A stretch of DNA of 63,539 nt, the filler included, from Octopus bimaculoides (taxonomy: Eukaryota), in the NCBI RefSeq assembly GCF_001194135.2. It is 6 parts of 6 records of this genome, joined end to end, with 100 filler letters (N's around TTAATTAATTAA, not from the genome) between each part and the next. Parts side by side here need not be neighbours in the genome. Positions count along the whole stretch, not along the records: positions 23,468 to 33,634 come from NC_069007.1; positions 33,735 to 43,733 come from NW_026423347.1; 4 more parts are not named here. One strand, given 5' to 3'. This document shows positions 23,368 to 37,629 of this stretch, one piece after another. The notes under the pieces are model-generated. The model did no database searches and was not told the origin of the DNA. It was given only the letters and a program-made list of their open reading frames with translations. A program made the position numbers and the translations under genes. The stretch's first letter is position 1; every line of letters starts with the position of its first letter.

Positions 23368-23467
23368 NNNNNNNNNNNNNNNNNNNNNNNNNNNNNNNNN
23401 NNNNNNNNNNNTTAATTAATTAANNNNNNNNNNNNNNNNNNNNNNNNNNNNNNNNNNNNNNNNNNNN
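23368..23467. other. Artificial 100-bp scaffold spacer N44-TTAATTAATTAA-N44
   Basis: Identical 12-mer between N-runs at 23412, 33679, 43778, 46595, 60589; encodes stops in all six frames. Confidence 0.95.
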
Positions 23468-23469
23468 TA

Positions 23470-23860
23470 TTTCTGAGGCGAGCTGGCAGAATCTTTAGCA
23501 CGCCGGGCGAAATGCTTAGCGGTATTTCGTCTGCCGTTACGTTCTGAGTTTAAATTCTGCCGATGTCGACTCTTCGTTTCATCCTCGCGGGGTCGATGAA
23601 ATAAGTACCCGTTGAGCACTGGAGTCGAGGTAAGTGACCTACCTTCGCCCCCACTTACACAAAATTGCTTCTCTTATACCAAAATGCTGAGCGGCATTAC
23701 GTCCGTTTCTACGTTCAGATTTGAAATTCCGCCATGTTGGGCCTTGCCTTATAGCTTTTCGGGTGGATGTAATACGAACCAGTTGAGCACTGGAATAGAT
23801 GTAATCGACGTACTCTCTACCCCACACTGCTGCCCTTATGCCGAGATTTGAAGCCAATAT
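23470..23860 (+). mobile_element. Two adjacent SINEs of the 9611 family (second degenerate)
   Basis: GAGGCGAGCTGGCAGAATCTTTAGCACGCCGGGCGAAATGCTTAGCGG..CCAGTTGAGCACTGG twice. Confidence 0.8.
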
Positions 23861-23952
23861 TATCAGCATCATTTTCATCAACATCATCGCCATTTCCATA
23901 TTTATTAACATCACGACCTAGCTCATAATTGTTTGCCCCCAAAATTCACATA

Positions 23953-24079
23953 CAGGGTGTCCCCAAAGTCTGGGTACATGGAGTAAATAAAATCACAACA
24001 TAAACAGTTAACTAAAAGAAATAATAATTTCTTAAAGTATGTGTTAATCGCTATGTACCCAGACTTTATGGACACCCTG
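23953..24079. mobile_element. Tc1/mariner-type MITE, 127 bp, TA TSD
   Basis: TIR CAGGGTGTCCCCAAAGTCTGGGTACAT vs ATGTACCCAGACTTTATGGACACCCTG (27 bp, 2 mismatches), flanked by TA at 23951-2 and 24080-1. Confidence 0.9.
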
Positions 24080-24577
24080 TATATTAGGGAAATAATAGTA
24101 AAAAACGGATATACATGAATAAGAAATCTCAAGGGAGATAATTAAGAAGGGAGATAATTTTTAAAACATTATATTTCATTTTTTAACATGTAAGAATATA
24201 CTATATTATATTAATTGGTATATTTAAAAAAAAGACTACATAACACACGACCATGGCGCTTAGTCTCAACATTCTAAGCAACATATACAACTATTTATTT
24301 AAGCAAGAGAATATGATCTAAATTTGTTGAAATTATCTTCGCTCTCCCGTGTTTCATTTAGGTTTTCAAACCAAAATATTTGCCGCTAGGTGTTTGATTT
24401 TATTCTCAGTATAAAAGGCAAATTTTACATTAATACCAATGTTTTGTTGTACGCCATTAGGTACGTTGACAATTTGACGGCACTCCTTATCGTAATCCCT
24501 TATCGTAATCCCGTAACTCCTTCTGCATTTTGCTCAATATACATATGTATGTATATATATATATATATATACCTATA

Positions 24578-24646
<69 letters not shown>

Positions 24647-27350
24647 TTGTGTATATATATATATGTATATATATATATGTATGTATATATGGTATGTATA
24701 ATAAATCTTTTTTCCACATGTATTTCCTCTCCTGTCACAAATAATGATTTGTTTCTTCATAATTATATATGCCTGACATTATCATTGACATACGAAACAA
24801 AAACATACATACACAAACACAGGCACATATACGTGTATATGTATATCCGTAAATATGTATAGTATATAGTATATAGTGCTTATTAAGAGAGTGAGAGAGA
24901 GAGAGAGAGAGGAAGAGAGGGATATATGTCCATGTATTTAAATGTGTACGTATTAAACTCTATAATTATTAACATATTATAATCTCCACAATTTGCCCGC
25001 TAGTATCTATGTTCCTCATGACATATATCTGAATCCATCCATCCATTCATCCTTACAAACATACATACATACATACTTATAAACAATAAAACAATTTGAA
25101 TGGTACAACAATGCAATATAATACAAAAAATGGACTATATTCCTGTTGTAATTTAGTTATCTATAATCCGATGACATACGTACTTGTATAAAGACATACA
25201 TACATACATACATGCATACACGCGTACATTTATATATACATACAAGTGTACATACAAATATACATGCATGTATACATACATATATTCATGCATTTATACT
25301 TACATTGATAAAAACACATACATACAGAAAATACATTCATGTACTCATACATACATATATACACGCGTACAAACTAACAAACATTCACAATAGCATACAT
25401 GCACTCTGACATACATAGTTATATACATACATACACCCACATATACATGCATACGTACCGACACATACATGCATGTATACAGATAAGTATACCTACATTC
25501 CTAAAGACATGCAACATTTGGGCTGCTTCATTAGACATTCGATGAGATCCGATCCATTGATGCGAAAAGACCACCCCAACCAAGAACGAAAATAAAGAAG
25601 CAGAGACTTAACACCCATCCAAAATGCCTTTCAATGTCGCATCATATCCCTTCGGTACCATATATATTTATCATTTAAATAGGTCTGAACTCGAAATTAT
25701 CTGCTTGAGACACAAGCTCCTTATCATATGGACACATGTTTTTACATATCAAATGGTATCTAAAAATGTAGCTTCTGGATAGCCGAAACTCTCACCAAGC
25801 ATATATTTGGAATCGAAAGAATAAATTTATCTCATGAAAATTTTTTTCAAAATGGCTCTAAAAGTATTATTAACCTCACTTGCAGTATACTGATGTGCCA
25901 ATTTCCAATTAAGAATTTAAGAAATTATTAACTTGCGTATATATTTCTTTCTTTATATAGTTTGTTTAATTATTTAAAAATCTTTCTCTGTTTTTCTTGC
26001 AGTTTACATTGTTACTTATCATTATAGATATAACCTACCTAGTTGACTGAGAGTATTTTATCAATTAATAAATCTAACTGCATTCCGTTTATCACTAGCT
26101 CTTCACCTATATTTTCAAAATATTTTTAATGTAATTAAATAGATCAAATACTAGATGAACTTCTTTGTTTGCTTACAAGTAATCTCCTCTGCACACACAG
26201 ATATACAGACACAGAGACACACAGATACATGCACAAAAAAACACACAGAGACACATATGTGTGTGCGGTGTGTGTGTGAGTATACGTCTGTGTTTATACA
26301 TATTAATATCTGTATAAATTCATATACATTTATTCATGCGTATATATAGCCACTTCCATGCACAGATGTATATAGAACCACGTACACCATACATTACTTT
26401 GAATGATCACAAAATCAATTTCTGTATGAAGTTAAATGTAGTTTAATCAATCCGACCAAAACCGACAGAAGTACAATTATTAAAGCCATCCTAGGTTAAC
26501 ACACAGAGAACAAAATATGCAAGTTCGCTTAAATTATATGTATATAGCATCACGAACAGCGTATGTTATATTACATGTCCACAAGACAAATTTCTGTACA
26601 AGCGTAAATTGATTTTAAACATTCCTTCGAAAGCCAAGTTATTTAGAATTAGTAAACGTATCCTAGGTTTACATTCAGAGAACAAAATATGCAATTTCCT
26701 TTACACTATCTGATAACTGTACGTCTGTAATAAAATGGTTTAGTGAAATATGTTACAAACAGCATTTAAATTCCGGGCGATTTGAGATTATATATATTTA
26801 ATCTATGACGAAACATTTCTGCAACACATCCGTAACAAGATCGCATCAATTAATGAATCTAAAATTATGATCTTTATGCATGCAATGAAAATTCCCCCTT
26901 TTCGTTTGATAACTTATCCTGGGCTGAACAAAAATATGTGAGTCTTATTTGTTTGATGCTTTGGTGGAATTACATGACAATACCGATTTTGACGAAAATA
27001 TTGAGATTTCCTTTGGGGATTTCTATGTAAAACTAACATTGCTCTGTGAAGGAGTTTATATAAAGAATGATAGACGTATAATCCCAGCATAACATAATGG
27101 CCTTGAACCTCGTAGATTTAGAAAGAGAAAAAACTGCGTAGATTTTGAAAGAGAAAAAAACTGATATAGATTTTTAGATGAGATTTAAGCACCACACTTA
27201 GTTTAGGTATCGGCTTTGTTATCACGTTATATTTTGAAGCGGATACATTGTACGTTACGAAGAAAAAAAAAAGATTAATGAAAGTCTGTTTTATTCACAA
27301 ACAAAACTTCCTCTGTAAGGAAGTTTATACAGAGACGATGGATGTATTGA

Positions 27351-27660
27351 TGTTGTTGTTGTTGGCACTCCGTCGCTTACGACGTCGAGGGTTCCAGTTG
27401 ATCTGATCAACGGAACAGCCTACTCGTGAAATTAACGTGCAAGTGGCTGAGCACTCCACAGACAAGTTTACCCTTAACGTAATGCTCAGGGATATTCAGC
27501 GTGACACAGTGTGACAAGGCTGACCCTTTGAGTTACAGGTACAACAGAAACAGGAAGTAAGAGTGAGAGAAAGTTGTGGTGGAAGAGTACAGCAGGGTTC
27601 GCCACCATCCCCCTGCTGGAACCTCGTGGAGCTTTAGGTGTTTGCGCTCAATAAACACTC
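27351..27660 (-). mobile_element. SINE of the 16627 family, head lost in gap
   Basis: Reverse complement of 16700-17000 including (TTG)n. Confidence 0.9.
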
Positions 27661-28554
27661 NNNNNNNNNNNNNNNNNNNNNNNNNNNNNNNNNNNNNNNN
27701 NNNNNNNNNNNNNNNNNNNNNNNNNNNNNNNNNNNNNNNNNNNNNNNNNNNNNNNNNNNNNNNNNNNNNNNNNNNNNNNNNNNNNNNNNNNNNNNNNNNN
27801 NNNNNNNNNNNNNNNNNNNNNNNNNNNNNNNNNNNNNNNNNNNNNNNNNNNNNNNNNNNNNNNNNNNNNNNNNNNNNNNNNNNNNNNNNNNNNNNNNNNN
27901 NNNNNNNNNNNNNNNNNNNNNNNNNNNNNNNNNNNNNNNNNNNNNNNNNNNNNNNNNNNNNNNNNNNNNNNNNNNNNNNNNNNNNNNNNNNNNNNNNNNN
28001 NNNNNNNNNNNNNNNNNNNNNNNNNNNNNNNNNNNNNNNNNNNNNNNNNNNNNNNNNNNNNNNNNNNNNNNNNNNNNNNNNNNNNNNNNNNNNNNNNNNN
28101 NNNNNNNNNNNNNNNNNNNNNNNNNNNNNNNNNNNNNNNNNNNNNNNNNNNNNNNNNNNNNNNNNNNNNNNNNNNNNNNNNNNNNNNNNNNNNNNNNNNN
28201 NNNNNNNNNNNNNNNNNNNNNNNNNNNNNNNNNNNNNNNNNNNNNNNNNNNNNNNNNNNNNNNNNNNNNNNNNNNNNNNNNNNNNNNNNNNNNNNNNNNN
28301 NNNNNNNNNNNNNNNNNNNNNNNNNNNNNNNNNNNNNNNNNNNNNNNNNNNNNNNNNNNNNNNNNNNNNNNNNNNNNNNNNNNNNNNNNNNNNNNNNNNN
28401 NNNNNNNNNNNNNNNNNNNNNNNNNNNNNNNNNNNNNNNNNNNNNNNNNNNNNNNNNNNNNNNNNNNNNNNNNNNNNNNNNNNNNNNNNNNNNNNNNNNN
28501 NNNNNNNNNNNNNNNNNNNNNNNNNNNNNNNNNNNNNNNNNNNNNNNNNNNNNG

Positions 28555-28675
28555 ATAGAATAAGTACTAGGCTTCCAAAGAATAAGTCCTGGGGTGATTT
28601 TCTCGACTAAAGGCGGTGCTCCAGCAGAGCCACAGTCAAATGACTGAAACAAGTAAAAGAGTAAAAAAGTAAAGA
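28555..28675 (+). mobile_element. CORE-type SINE tail
   Basis: GATAGAATAAGTACTAGGC..AAGGCGGTGCTCCAGCA..CAGTCAAATGACTGAAACAAGTAAAAGAG. Confidence 0.85.
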
Positions 28676-29219
28676 GTATACCATATTACAATGGCATATA
28701 AATTGTGCCATAGAGAAACGTACTATGGCTTAATTTATACATAGTTTACTTCCTTCTCACATATTGATAAGGATTATGTAAAACTAATATCTTTCTACGT
28801 TCCCATAAATATCAGTATTTTTGATAGAAATACTATCGAAAGCCAAACGTTTTGTGAAACATTAACAAGTTCCCTCAACAGTATAAGCTGTAAGAAACTA
28901 GACAAACGTAACAACATACTGACGTTCTTCCTGTATCTCCATTACGTCAGCATGTTCGCCTTCATATCAAATGGCTATGGAGACCGCTAAAGGTATGTGT
29001 TAAAGTAGAATAGATCCAGACAGTAAAACGTGAATTAAATAAACTGAAGCAATAGAGCTCAAACATAAACGAAACAAAATAAAAGAGCACTTCGCAACCT
29101 CGTACATTCAAGTTCAGTTCCACATTAGGCAAGTAAAATCCCTTACAATCCCGGGTCAACGAAGGGCTTGTAAATAAATAGGGTACACAAAAATTGTAGA
29201 AAAACCCGAGATATATGTG

Positions 29220-29455
29220 TGTGCGGTGTGTGTGTGAGCTTATAAAAGCGTGTGTCTCTTTGCCAGTTTTTAGCCCACAAAACAACTTGGGAAGCGATGT
29301 TGGTTTGCTTACGCCTACTTAAATTCCGGTCTCCTCAAAAGCCCTCCAAAATAATTAGTAATTTAAAGGTGCGCACTTTAAAATAAGTACTCGGTTCGAT
29401 TTGTTCAAATAAAACCATTTGAAGCGTTTAATGCTGGGACCTTTAAGACTCCAGC
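29220..29455 (+). mobile_element. Degenerate CORE-type SINE 3' half
   Basis: AACTTGGGAAGCGATGTTGGTTTGCTTACG..AATAAGTACTCGG..ACTCCAGCATG. Confidence 0.5.
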
Positions 29456-29689
29456 ATGNNNNNNNNNNNNNNNNNNNNNNNNNNNNNNNNNNNNNNNNNN
29501 NNNNNNNNNNNNNNNNNNNNNNNNNNNNNNNNNNNNNNNNNNNNNNNNNNNNNNNNNNACATATGTTATGCGCGTTTCGGTATGTATGTATATATGTATG
29601 TATATATGTATGAGTGCGTCGTTACACATGCATACACGACTGCATACACAAGCTTCATTTCCACAAGCACACGCCCAGTCTCTGACCCT

Positions 29690-29744
29690 CTCTCTCTCTC
29701 TCTCTCTCTCTCACTCACTTTCTCTCTGTTTCTCAGTTTATCCA

Positions 29745-29788
<44 letters not shown>

Positions 29789-29845
29789 TTCTATCTATCT
29801 AATTTCTATCCATCTATCTATCTATCTGTCCATCTATCAATCTCT
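29690..29845. repeat. (TC)n and (TCTA)n microsatellites
   Basis: Direct reading. Confidence 0.9.
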
Positions 29846-30269
29846 CACGTGTACCGTAAAGCTGAGTATTATTCACAACAATTTAATGTACGTCTTTCTA
29901 AGCAACTGTTACTAACGTTTCCTTTAGAATATATAGCAATTATCATGAATTTCTACTGCCCTCTGGTGGCAGACTTGATAAGCTATTGGTTATGTAAACG
30001 CAGTTTCCGTTATTTCTATCCTGCCACGTGCGTTCTTCTGCGGCTTAGTTCACGGTGCTTAACACTTAATATTTTATATTAGGCAATAAAAACTGCAGTG
30101 TTAACATATTTAATATATAGACCATTTAGCAGTTAATTTACACGTTGATTGATGGCGAGAAGTTTCTCGATCACCGATATTAACAGGATTACGTTATGAG
30201 ATATATTTTATGGCTTAATATGTGTCTTATGTTTTATGTTTCATGTTTTATCGTGTCTTTTTTCTTTAT

Positions 30270-30420
30270 CTTTTCTCTTTTACCTGTTTCAGTCATCTGA
30301 CTACGGCCATGCTGGGGCACCGGCTTGAAGGACTCTATTCGTTTTTTAGTCGAATGGATCGAATCATGTCCTTACATTTTAAAAACCTGGTACGTTTTCT
30401 ATCGTGCTTTTTTTTTGTGT
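30270..30420 (-). mobile_element. CORE-type SINE tail
   Basis: CTGTTTCAGTCATCTGACTACGGCCATGCTGGGGCACC. Confidence 0.8.
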
Positions 30421-32350
30421 ATGTCGAGCCACAACATTACNNNNNNNNNNNNNNNNNNNNNNNNNNNNNNNNNNNNNNNNNNNNNNNNNNNNNNNNNNNN
30501 NNNNNNNNNNNNNNNNNNNNNNNNNNNNNNNNNNNNNNNNNNNNNNNNNNNNNNNNNNNNNNNNNNNNNNNNNNNNNNNNNNNNNNNNNNNNNNNNNNNN
30601 NNNNNNNNNNNNNNNNNNNNNNNNNNNNNNNNNNNNNNNNNNNNNNNNNNNNNNNNNNNNNNNNNNNNNNNNNNNNNNNNNNNNNNNNNNNNNNNNNNNN
30701 NNNNNNNNNNNNNNNNNNNNNNNNNNNNNNNNNNNNNNNNNNNNNNNNNNNNNNNNNNNNNNNNNNNNNNNNNNNNNNNNNNNNNNNNNNNNNNNNNNNN
30801 NNNNNNNNNNNNNNNNNNNNNNNNNNNNNNNNNNNNNNNNNNNNNNNNNNNNNNNNNNNNNNNNNNNNNNNNNNNNNNNNNNNNNNNNNNNNNNNNNNNN
30901 NNNNNNNNNNNNNNNNNNNNNNNNNNNNNNNNNNNNNNNNNNNNNNNNNNNNNNNNNNNNNNNNNNNNNNNNNNNNNNNNNNNNNNNNNNNNNNNNNNNN
31001 NNNNNNNNNNNNNNNNNNNNNNNNNNNNNNNNNNNNNNNNNNNNNNNNNNNNNNNNNNNNNNNNNNNNNNNNNNNNNNNNNNNNNNNNNNNNNNNNNNNN
31101 NNNNNNNNNNNNNNNNNNNNNNNNNNNNNNNNNNNNNNNNNNNNNNNNNNTATATATATATATATATATATATATGACGGGCTTATTTCATACATGCATA
31201 CACATATACATACATAGATACTTACATATATGCTGAACATGTCTAGATATGCAATTATATGCTAGAGGAGACATGCATAAAACAAAACGTACAAATCTGC
31301 ACGTGTATATTCATACATACGAAAATACCCTATTGTTGATGTTGAAATTCCAATGTAGGAGCCAAGGATATCTGTTAGAAACCGGCTCTTTCTCTATTGG
31401 CAAGAAATCTTGAAATAAGACTCAATAATGACATACATACATACATACACACATACATGCATACATACATGCATACATACATACATAGGTACGTACGTTC
31501 GGACGGACGGATGGACGTACGTACGTGCATGCATACAAGCGTACTTACATGCACACGCATCCACCGCTAAGTACAGATTTTGCTGAAGTGCAGCGGTCCT
31601 GAGATCCATGCCAACGGAGCGCATGCTGCGGTTCGGGCCTTCCCATACTGGACGCATCAAAGGATACAGAGCAAAAGAATATTAAACATCTCTTCTCGGG
31701 GGAAAAATCGGGTTGCGTAGAGCCAACAACCCCTATAATGTAAAAAGTAATGTTACACAGGTATCGATGACAATTTGAAACCAATGATAACTAAGAAAGG
31801 AGGAACTAGTAAAAATATATGAGAGTGGAGAACAGTGTAAAAAATTCTTCGATCGAACATTTCCCCATCAAGAGTGCAGGTTGTAGGTCAATAAGAGACT
31901 TGTGAACACACATAGACATACACGTAGACACATACTCATCGACATATATCTATACACATTCATATATAAAAATATGTATTTCGGCAATAGCTTGAAAATC
32001 ACGTCGGTCGTACGAAATAGCCAACGCCTAAAAAGCAGCGCCCGATAGTCTCCTTTCAAGAAACAAAGTCCATGCATGAACTGACTCAAGAATGGCAGCT
32101 CTTATATCCTTGATAAAGACAGTTTCGTATCTATTATCTCAAATGCAGTCTACTAGCACAAACACCTTGAATTATAAAGACTCTCTAAGAACGCAACGAA
32201 CTTCTTTGCATCCTACAAATCCGATCGATCACTGAAAAAAATAATGTTTATAAAGCATTCAAAGATTCTCTATTATAGTTCACTGGGATGGCGATATGCT
32301 AACTATTGCATATATGCGTATAAAACAGGTAGACGCACTTATATACACAT

Positions 32351-32382
<32 letters not shown>

Positions 32383-32576
32383 TTACAAATTCACACGTGT
32401 ATATACAAAGGACGTACCGAAATGCAAACACGTGCATGAAAGAGACATGCAACCAATTACATGAATGCATGTATATGCACAAGTTAACCTACTTACATTC
32501 ACACGTTAACGCAGACACTAACAAATCCTCAAAGTCGTCTCTTACTTACACAAAAAAGAAAATAATAATGATGATG

Positions 32577-32623
<47 letters not shown>

Positions 32624-33251
32624 NNNNNNNNNNNNNNNNNNNNNNNNNNNNNNNNNNNNNNNNNNNNNNNNNNNNNNNNNNNNNNNNNNNNNNNNNNNNN
32701 NNNNNNNNNNNNNNNNNNNNNNNNNNNNNNNNNNNNNNNNNNNNNNNNNNNNNNNNNNNNNNNNNNNNNNNNNNNNNNNNNNNNNNNNNNNNNNNNNNNN
32801 NNNNNNNNNNNNNNNNNNNNNNNNNNNNNNNNNNNNNNNNNNNNNNNNNNNNNNNNNNNNNNNNNNNNNNNNNNNNNNNNNNNNNNNNNNNNNNNNNNNN
32901 NNNNNNNNNNNNNNNNNNNNNNNNNNNNNNNNNNNNNNNNNNNNNNNNNNNNNNNNNNNNNNNNNNNNNNNNNNNNNNNNNNNNNNNNNNNNNNNNNNNN
33001 NNNNNNNNNNNNNNNNNNNNNNNNNNNNNNNNNNNNNNNNNNNNNNNNNNNNNNNNNNNNNNNNNNNNNNNNNNNNNNNNNNNNNNNNNNNNNNNNNNNN
33101 NNNNNNNNNNNNNNNNNNNNNNNNNNNNNNNNNNNNNNNNNNNNNNNNNNNNNNNNNNNNNNNNNNNNNNNNNNNNNNNNNNNNNNNNNNNNNNNNNNNN
33201 NNNNNNNNNNNNNNNNNNNNNNNNNNNNNNNNNNNNNNNNNNNNNNNNNNN

Positions 33252-33294
<43 letters not shown>

Positions 33295-33734
33295 ATGTAT
33301 ATGTGTGCATGTCTGTATATGAAAGAAAACTTACAAAAGTAAGATGGCGGAAAGGTAGGTAACCACATTTTCGCACGTTATACTACAAAACAAAGTCACT
33401 GATAGAAAACGTCGCTAAATACGCTAAGAATACCAGCGCGTCACTCATGTGAAAAATTAATATCCACGTGTATTGCCATTGCCAAAGTAGATTTAGCGAA
33501 AACTGAAACCCAATTGTATTCATTGAAGCGGAAACTGTATGGAATCCCGTGTGCGCATTTGTACATGTACGTATTTATATGCATACACCTGCATATATAA
33601 TTATATATGAACACATACACATAGATGTATGCATNNNNNNNNNNNNNNNNNNNNNNNNNNNNNNNNNNNNNNNNNNNNTTAATTAATTAANNNNNNNNNN
33701 NNNNNNNNNNNNNNNNNNNNNNNNNNNNNNNNNN

Positions 33735-33765
<31 letters not shown>

Positions 33766-34537
33766 GTATGTATGTGTCGAGGTGGATAGATAGATCGATA
33801 GTAGATATAATAACATGTATTTGTGAATCAAGTTCATGATTCAACGTTTAAAATCATTGACAACCAATATTTGACATACATATATGTATTATATTGATAC
33901 TATATAACCATAATACAATATATTATATTATATTATATCACATCATAGTATATTGTATTTTATTATATTATATTTTATCATATCATAGTTCAGCGTCTGT
34001 TTCTATATTCTTCTTTATGTAATACTAGAAAATCTGAATACAGATATATGCTAAGTTAGCGCAAATTCTAACATATACACGCGTCTAATGATAACATGCC
34101 TGGAATATATATGGCATATCCATTGTATATGACTGCTTACAATATTCAATTTCTGTATATTGTGTTTATCAGTCATGCGGATAACTCTTATGTATTCGTC
34201 AATTTGTCCATCAGTCATTCACTCTGTGTGTGTGTATTTATATATATGCTGTCCATATGTCACTGTGCTTCTAATATGTCATTCTACCCATTTGTTTAAC
34301 TGTTTGTTATTTTCACTGCTATTCAATATCTTTAGCTATTTACCGTTCTATCTGTCATTGTACACCTCGACATTCTGTCTACCTGTCTGTATGTATCTTG
34401 ATTTATATCTCTGTTTCTTTCTGTATCTTCATTGCTTCATGCGTTTTTCTGTATTCCTGGATTTGTATGTGAATGAAGAGTAAGCAGACAGTTACTCTTT
34501 ACAAACACACACACACACACACACACGCAGGTATAGG

Positions 34538-34574
<37 letters not shown>

Positions 34575-34701
34575 NNNNNNNNNNNNNNNNNNNNNNNNNN
34601 NNNNNNNNNNNNNNNNNNNNNNNNNNNNNATATATGGAGAGAAAGAAAGAGAGAGAGAGAGAGATAAGTATGTATACATGTGTGTGTATGTATATATATA
34701 T

Positions 34702-34748
<47 letters not shown>

Positions 34749-34759
34749 TGTTTTATTTC

Positions 34760-35172
34760 TTTGTTCTTTTACTTGCTTCAGGCAGTTTGACTGCGGCCAA
34801 GCTGGGGCACTGTCTTAGAGGGTTTTAGTCGAACAAATCGATCCCGGAATATTGTTTTTTGTTTTAACCCGGAATCTATTCTATCGAACCCTTTCGCCGA
34901 AACGCAGTTACTGGGACGTAAGCACACTTACACCGGTTACCAAGCGGTGATTGCGGGACAAACACAGACATCAGGACACACACATAGACATATACACAAA
35001 TATATATATATATACAACGGACTTCATTCAGTTTCCCTCTACGAAATCTACTCACAAGTCTTTTGTCGGCTCGAGGCAATGGGAGAAGACACTTGAAGAA
35101 GGTTCCACTCAGTTGGACTGAACCCAGTATCATGTGGTTGTGAACTAAGCTTCTTAACACACAGCCACGCCT
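34760..35172 (-). mobile_element. Full-length CORE-type SINE with internal (TA)/(TG) tract
   Basis: Reverse complement of the 8890 family head, core (GAAGACACTTG) and tail. Confidence 0.85.
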
Positions 35173-36238
35173 ACGTACATTTGCACGCATACACACACAT
35201 ATACATGTTGACGATGGAACGAACGCTCTCGTATTCTGTGAGAGACGGATTTGCAGTTCTAACAGATGATTCGATCTCTGTCAGTTCTGATTCGTCACTC
35301 TTCGGACCAAAGATCTTCAAAGCTTGAGATTTCTTTTCTTCTACTCAAGTGAAAAATATTTAAGTTTCCCTGGTCTAATAGGTCCATTCTGCATTTTTAG
35401 CCCCGAAGGCAGTTTCGATTGTCTAAAGCCAGGATCTTTATAAAACATTGCCTGGTTTGTGCCTTGAAGAGATCATTTCAGCGACATTATACAAAACGGC
35501 AACTGCAACATCTCCAGAGTTAGATTATGCAATGATGGTAGGTGTTATTGTGAACATTCTGATTAACTTGTGATGTAAACAACATTGCTTCTCTATAGAT
35601 TTGGCTGTTATGTCTAGTATGTCATGCAACCACATTGAGGTTCCTTCATTTGCAGTTCAGCATGGAATTCGATCTAGTAGAGTATTGGAGGTAAAATTTT
35701 CTCGGCGGGCTCATTACGTCATTTTGATTTGAAATAGTCAGTGTATAAGGTGAGACCGGGAATACCGTTATCCGATGGGACCATCGATTTTAAGGAGAGA
35801 TCAGTATGTTATGAAGACTTGGCTGCTATATTTAGCACAACGGATGACTTATGCAGAGAGACACTTCTTGGCTTACAGATGAAAAGTTATACAAAACAGC
35901 AGAACAATCTATAAATTTTTGTGTGTGTTTTTAGATTATGTGTGTATACATGTAAGATATACACACACTCACACATATACGCGTGCGCGCACACACACAC
36001 ACACACACACTGACTCACACACACACACACACACTGACTCACATGCACGCAGATATATGCAATGGAGCAGAGAATGGTCTATTGAAGCAATGCCAAAGCA
36101 TATAAACATGTACAGGTTATGGATACATCAACTGTGAAACTTTATAACCACTGTTCCTTCAACCGGAACAAAATTGATGCAAGAGGGCGTACCACTTGGA
36201 ACTCACACTCATACACACACACACTTGCACACACAAAT

Positions 36239-36287
<49 letters not shown>

Positions 36288-36343
36288 CATACATGTAATA
36301 TATACAAGTATATATATATATACATACATGTAATATATACAAG

Positions 36344-36374
<31 letters not shown>

Positions 36375-36683
36375 GCATAAGTACTCAAATAGTTCTACAT
36401 TTACAATGTCATACATACGTGTGTGTGCGTGTGTAAGTTACGTAGAATATATATAGACACACACTCACAGAGGCTTATATACTTTTACTGGAGAGGTTTA
36501 TGTATGTATGTGTGTGTGATTTATATAGATGTGAGCGCATATTTATGGGAGAGTGAATGTGTGTATGTGTGTATGTGTGTCTGTATATATACATAAAAGT
36601 CCGTTATTGGTAATACATCGACAAGGCTTCATGATCTTACTATAAACTTTATAAATATGCTTTACTGTTATATGCTACATATA

Positions 36684-36870
36684 GAGGTGCAATATCCCAG
36701 TGGTTAGGGCAAGGGAGTCGCAGTCATAGGATCGCAGTTTCGATTCCCAGACCGGGCGTTGTGAGTGTTTATTGAGCGGAAACATTTAAAGCTCCACGAG
36801 GCTCCGGCTGGGGTTGGTGGCGAACTCTGCTGTACTCTCTCACCACAACTTTCTCTCACTCGTTCTTCCT
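36684..36870 (+). mobile_element. SINE of the 16627 family, 3' truncated
   Basis: CAGTGGTTAGGGC..GTTTCGATTCCCAGACCGGGCGTTGTGAGTGTTTATTGAGCG. Confidence 0.9.
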
Positions 36871-37088
36871 GGGTTTTCAGAAAAAGAAATCAAACAACCG
36901 GCACATGTCTTACAAATACAATCTGTAAGTAGAACACTAAAATTCTGCAAGACCTTTCTCAAATTTGAAATGTGACATTGTTTTCGTTAACTATATTCCA
37001 TCGATGGAGCATTGTGTATCCTTGTTAGAAACCAGCTTTTACCTCAGAGAAAGAATTCAAATAAGACATACACAAATGCATGTATGTA

Positions 37089-37131
<43 letters not shown>

Positions 37132-37207
37132 GTATATGTATATATACACATACATACATTTATATATATATTGATAGAAAAGGAAAGACAACAAAAAGAG
37201 AGAGACC

Positions 37208-37379
37208 GCCACGAATGGTTGTAGTTGAATTTGACCCAAGTACTTATGATGTTTTTTGGGTAAAGCCTGGAACTTATTCTATCGTTCTCTTTTGCCGAAC
37301 CGTTAAGTTATGGGGGACGTAAACACACCAGTACAGGTTGTCAAGCGGTGGTGGGGGACATAAACAAGAATCACACACA

Positions 37380-37418
<39 letters not shown>

Positions 37419-37602
37419 CACAATAAGCAACAAGGATATATATATTCGACGGTTTTCTTTCAGTTTCCGTCAACCAAATCCACTCACAAGGCTTTTCTCG
37501 CCCCGAGACTATAGTAGATGACACATACGAAAGGTGACACGCAGTGTGACTGCACCCTGAACCATATAGCTGGGAAACAAATTTGTTACCACGCTGCCAC
37601 GC
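37208..37602 (-). mobile_element. Full-length CORE-type SINE with internal (TA)n
   Basis: CTTATTCTATCG..GCCGAACCG..TTGTCAAGCGGTGG..CAGTTTCCGTC..CACTCACAAGGC..GCCACGCC. Confidence 0.85.
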
Positions 37603-37629
37603 CAGCGCCTATTATGTTGAATTTTTCCC

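Noticed and set aside
28703-28729. Hairpin GCCATAG/CTATGGC enclosing GAAACGTA
   Set aside because: Lacks the catalytic core; may be chance
31550-31760. RTE-like 5' UTR, possibly with an HDV-like ribozyme
   Set aside because: Only a short resemblance (GGGTTG..GCCAACAACCCC..GTAAAAA); I could not build the nested pseudoknot
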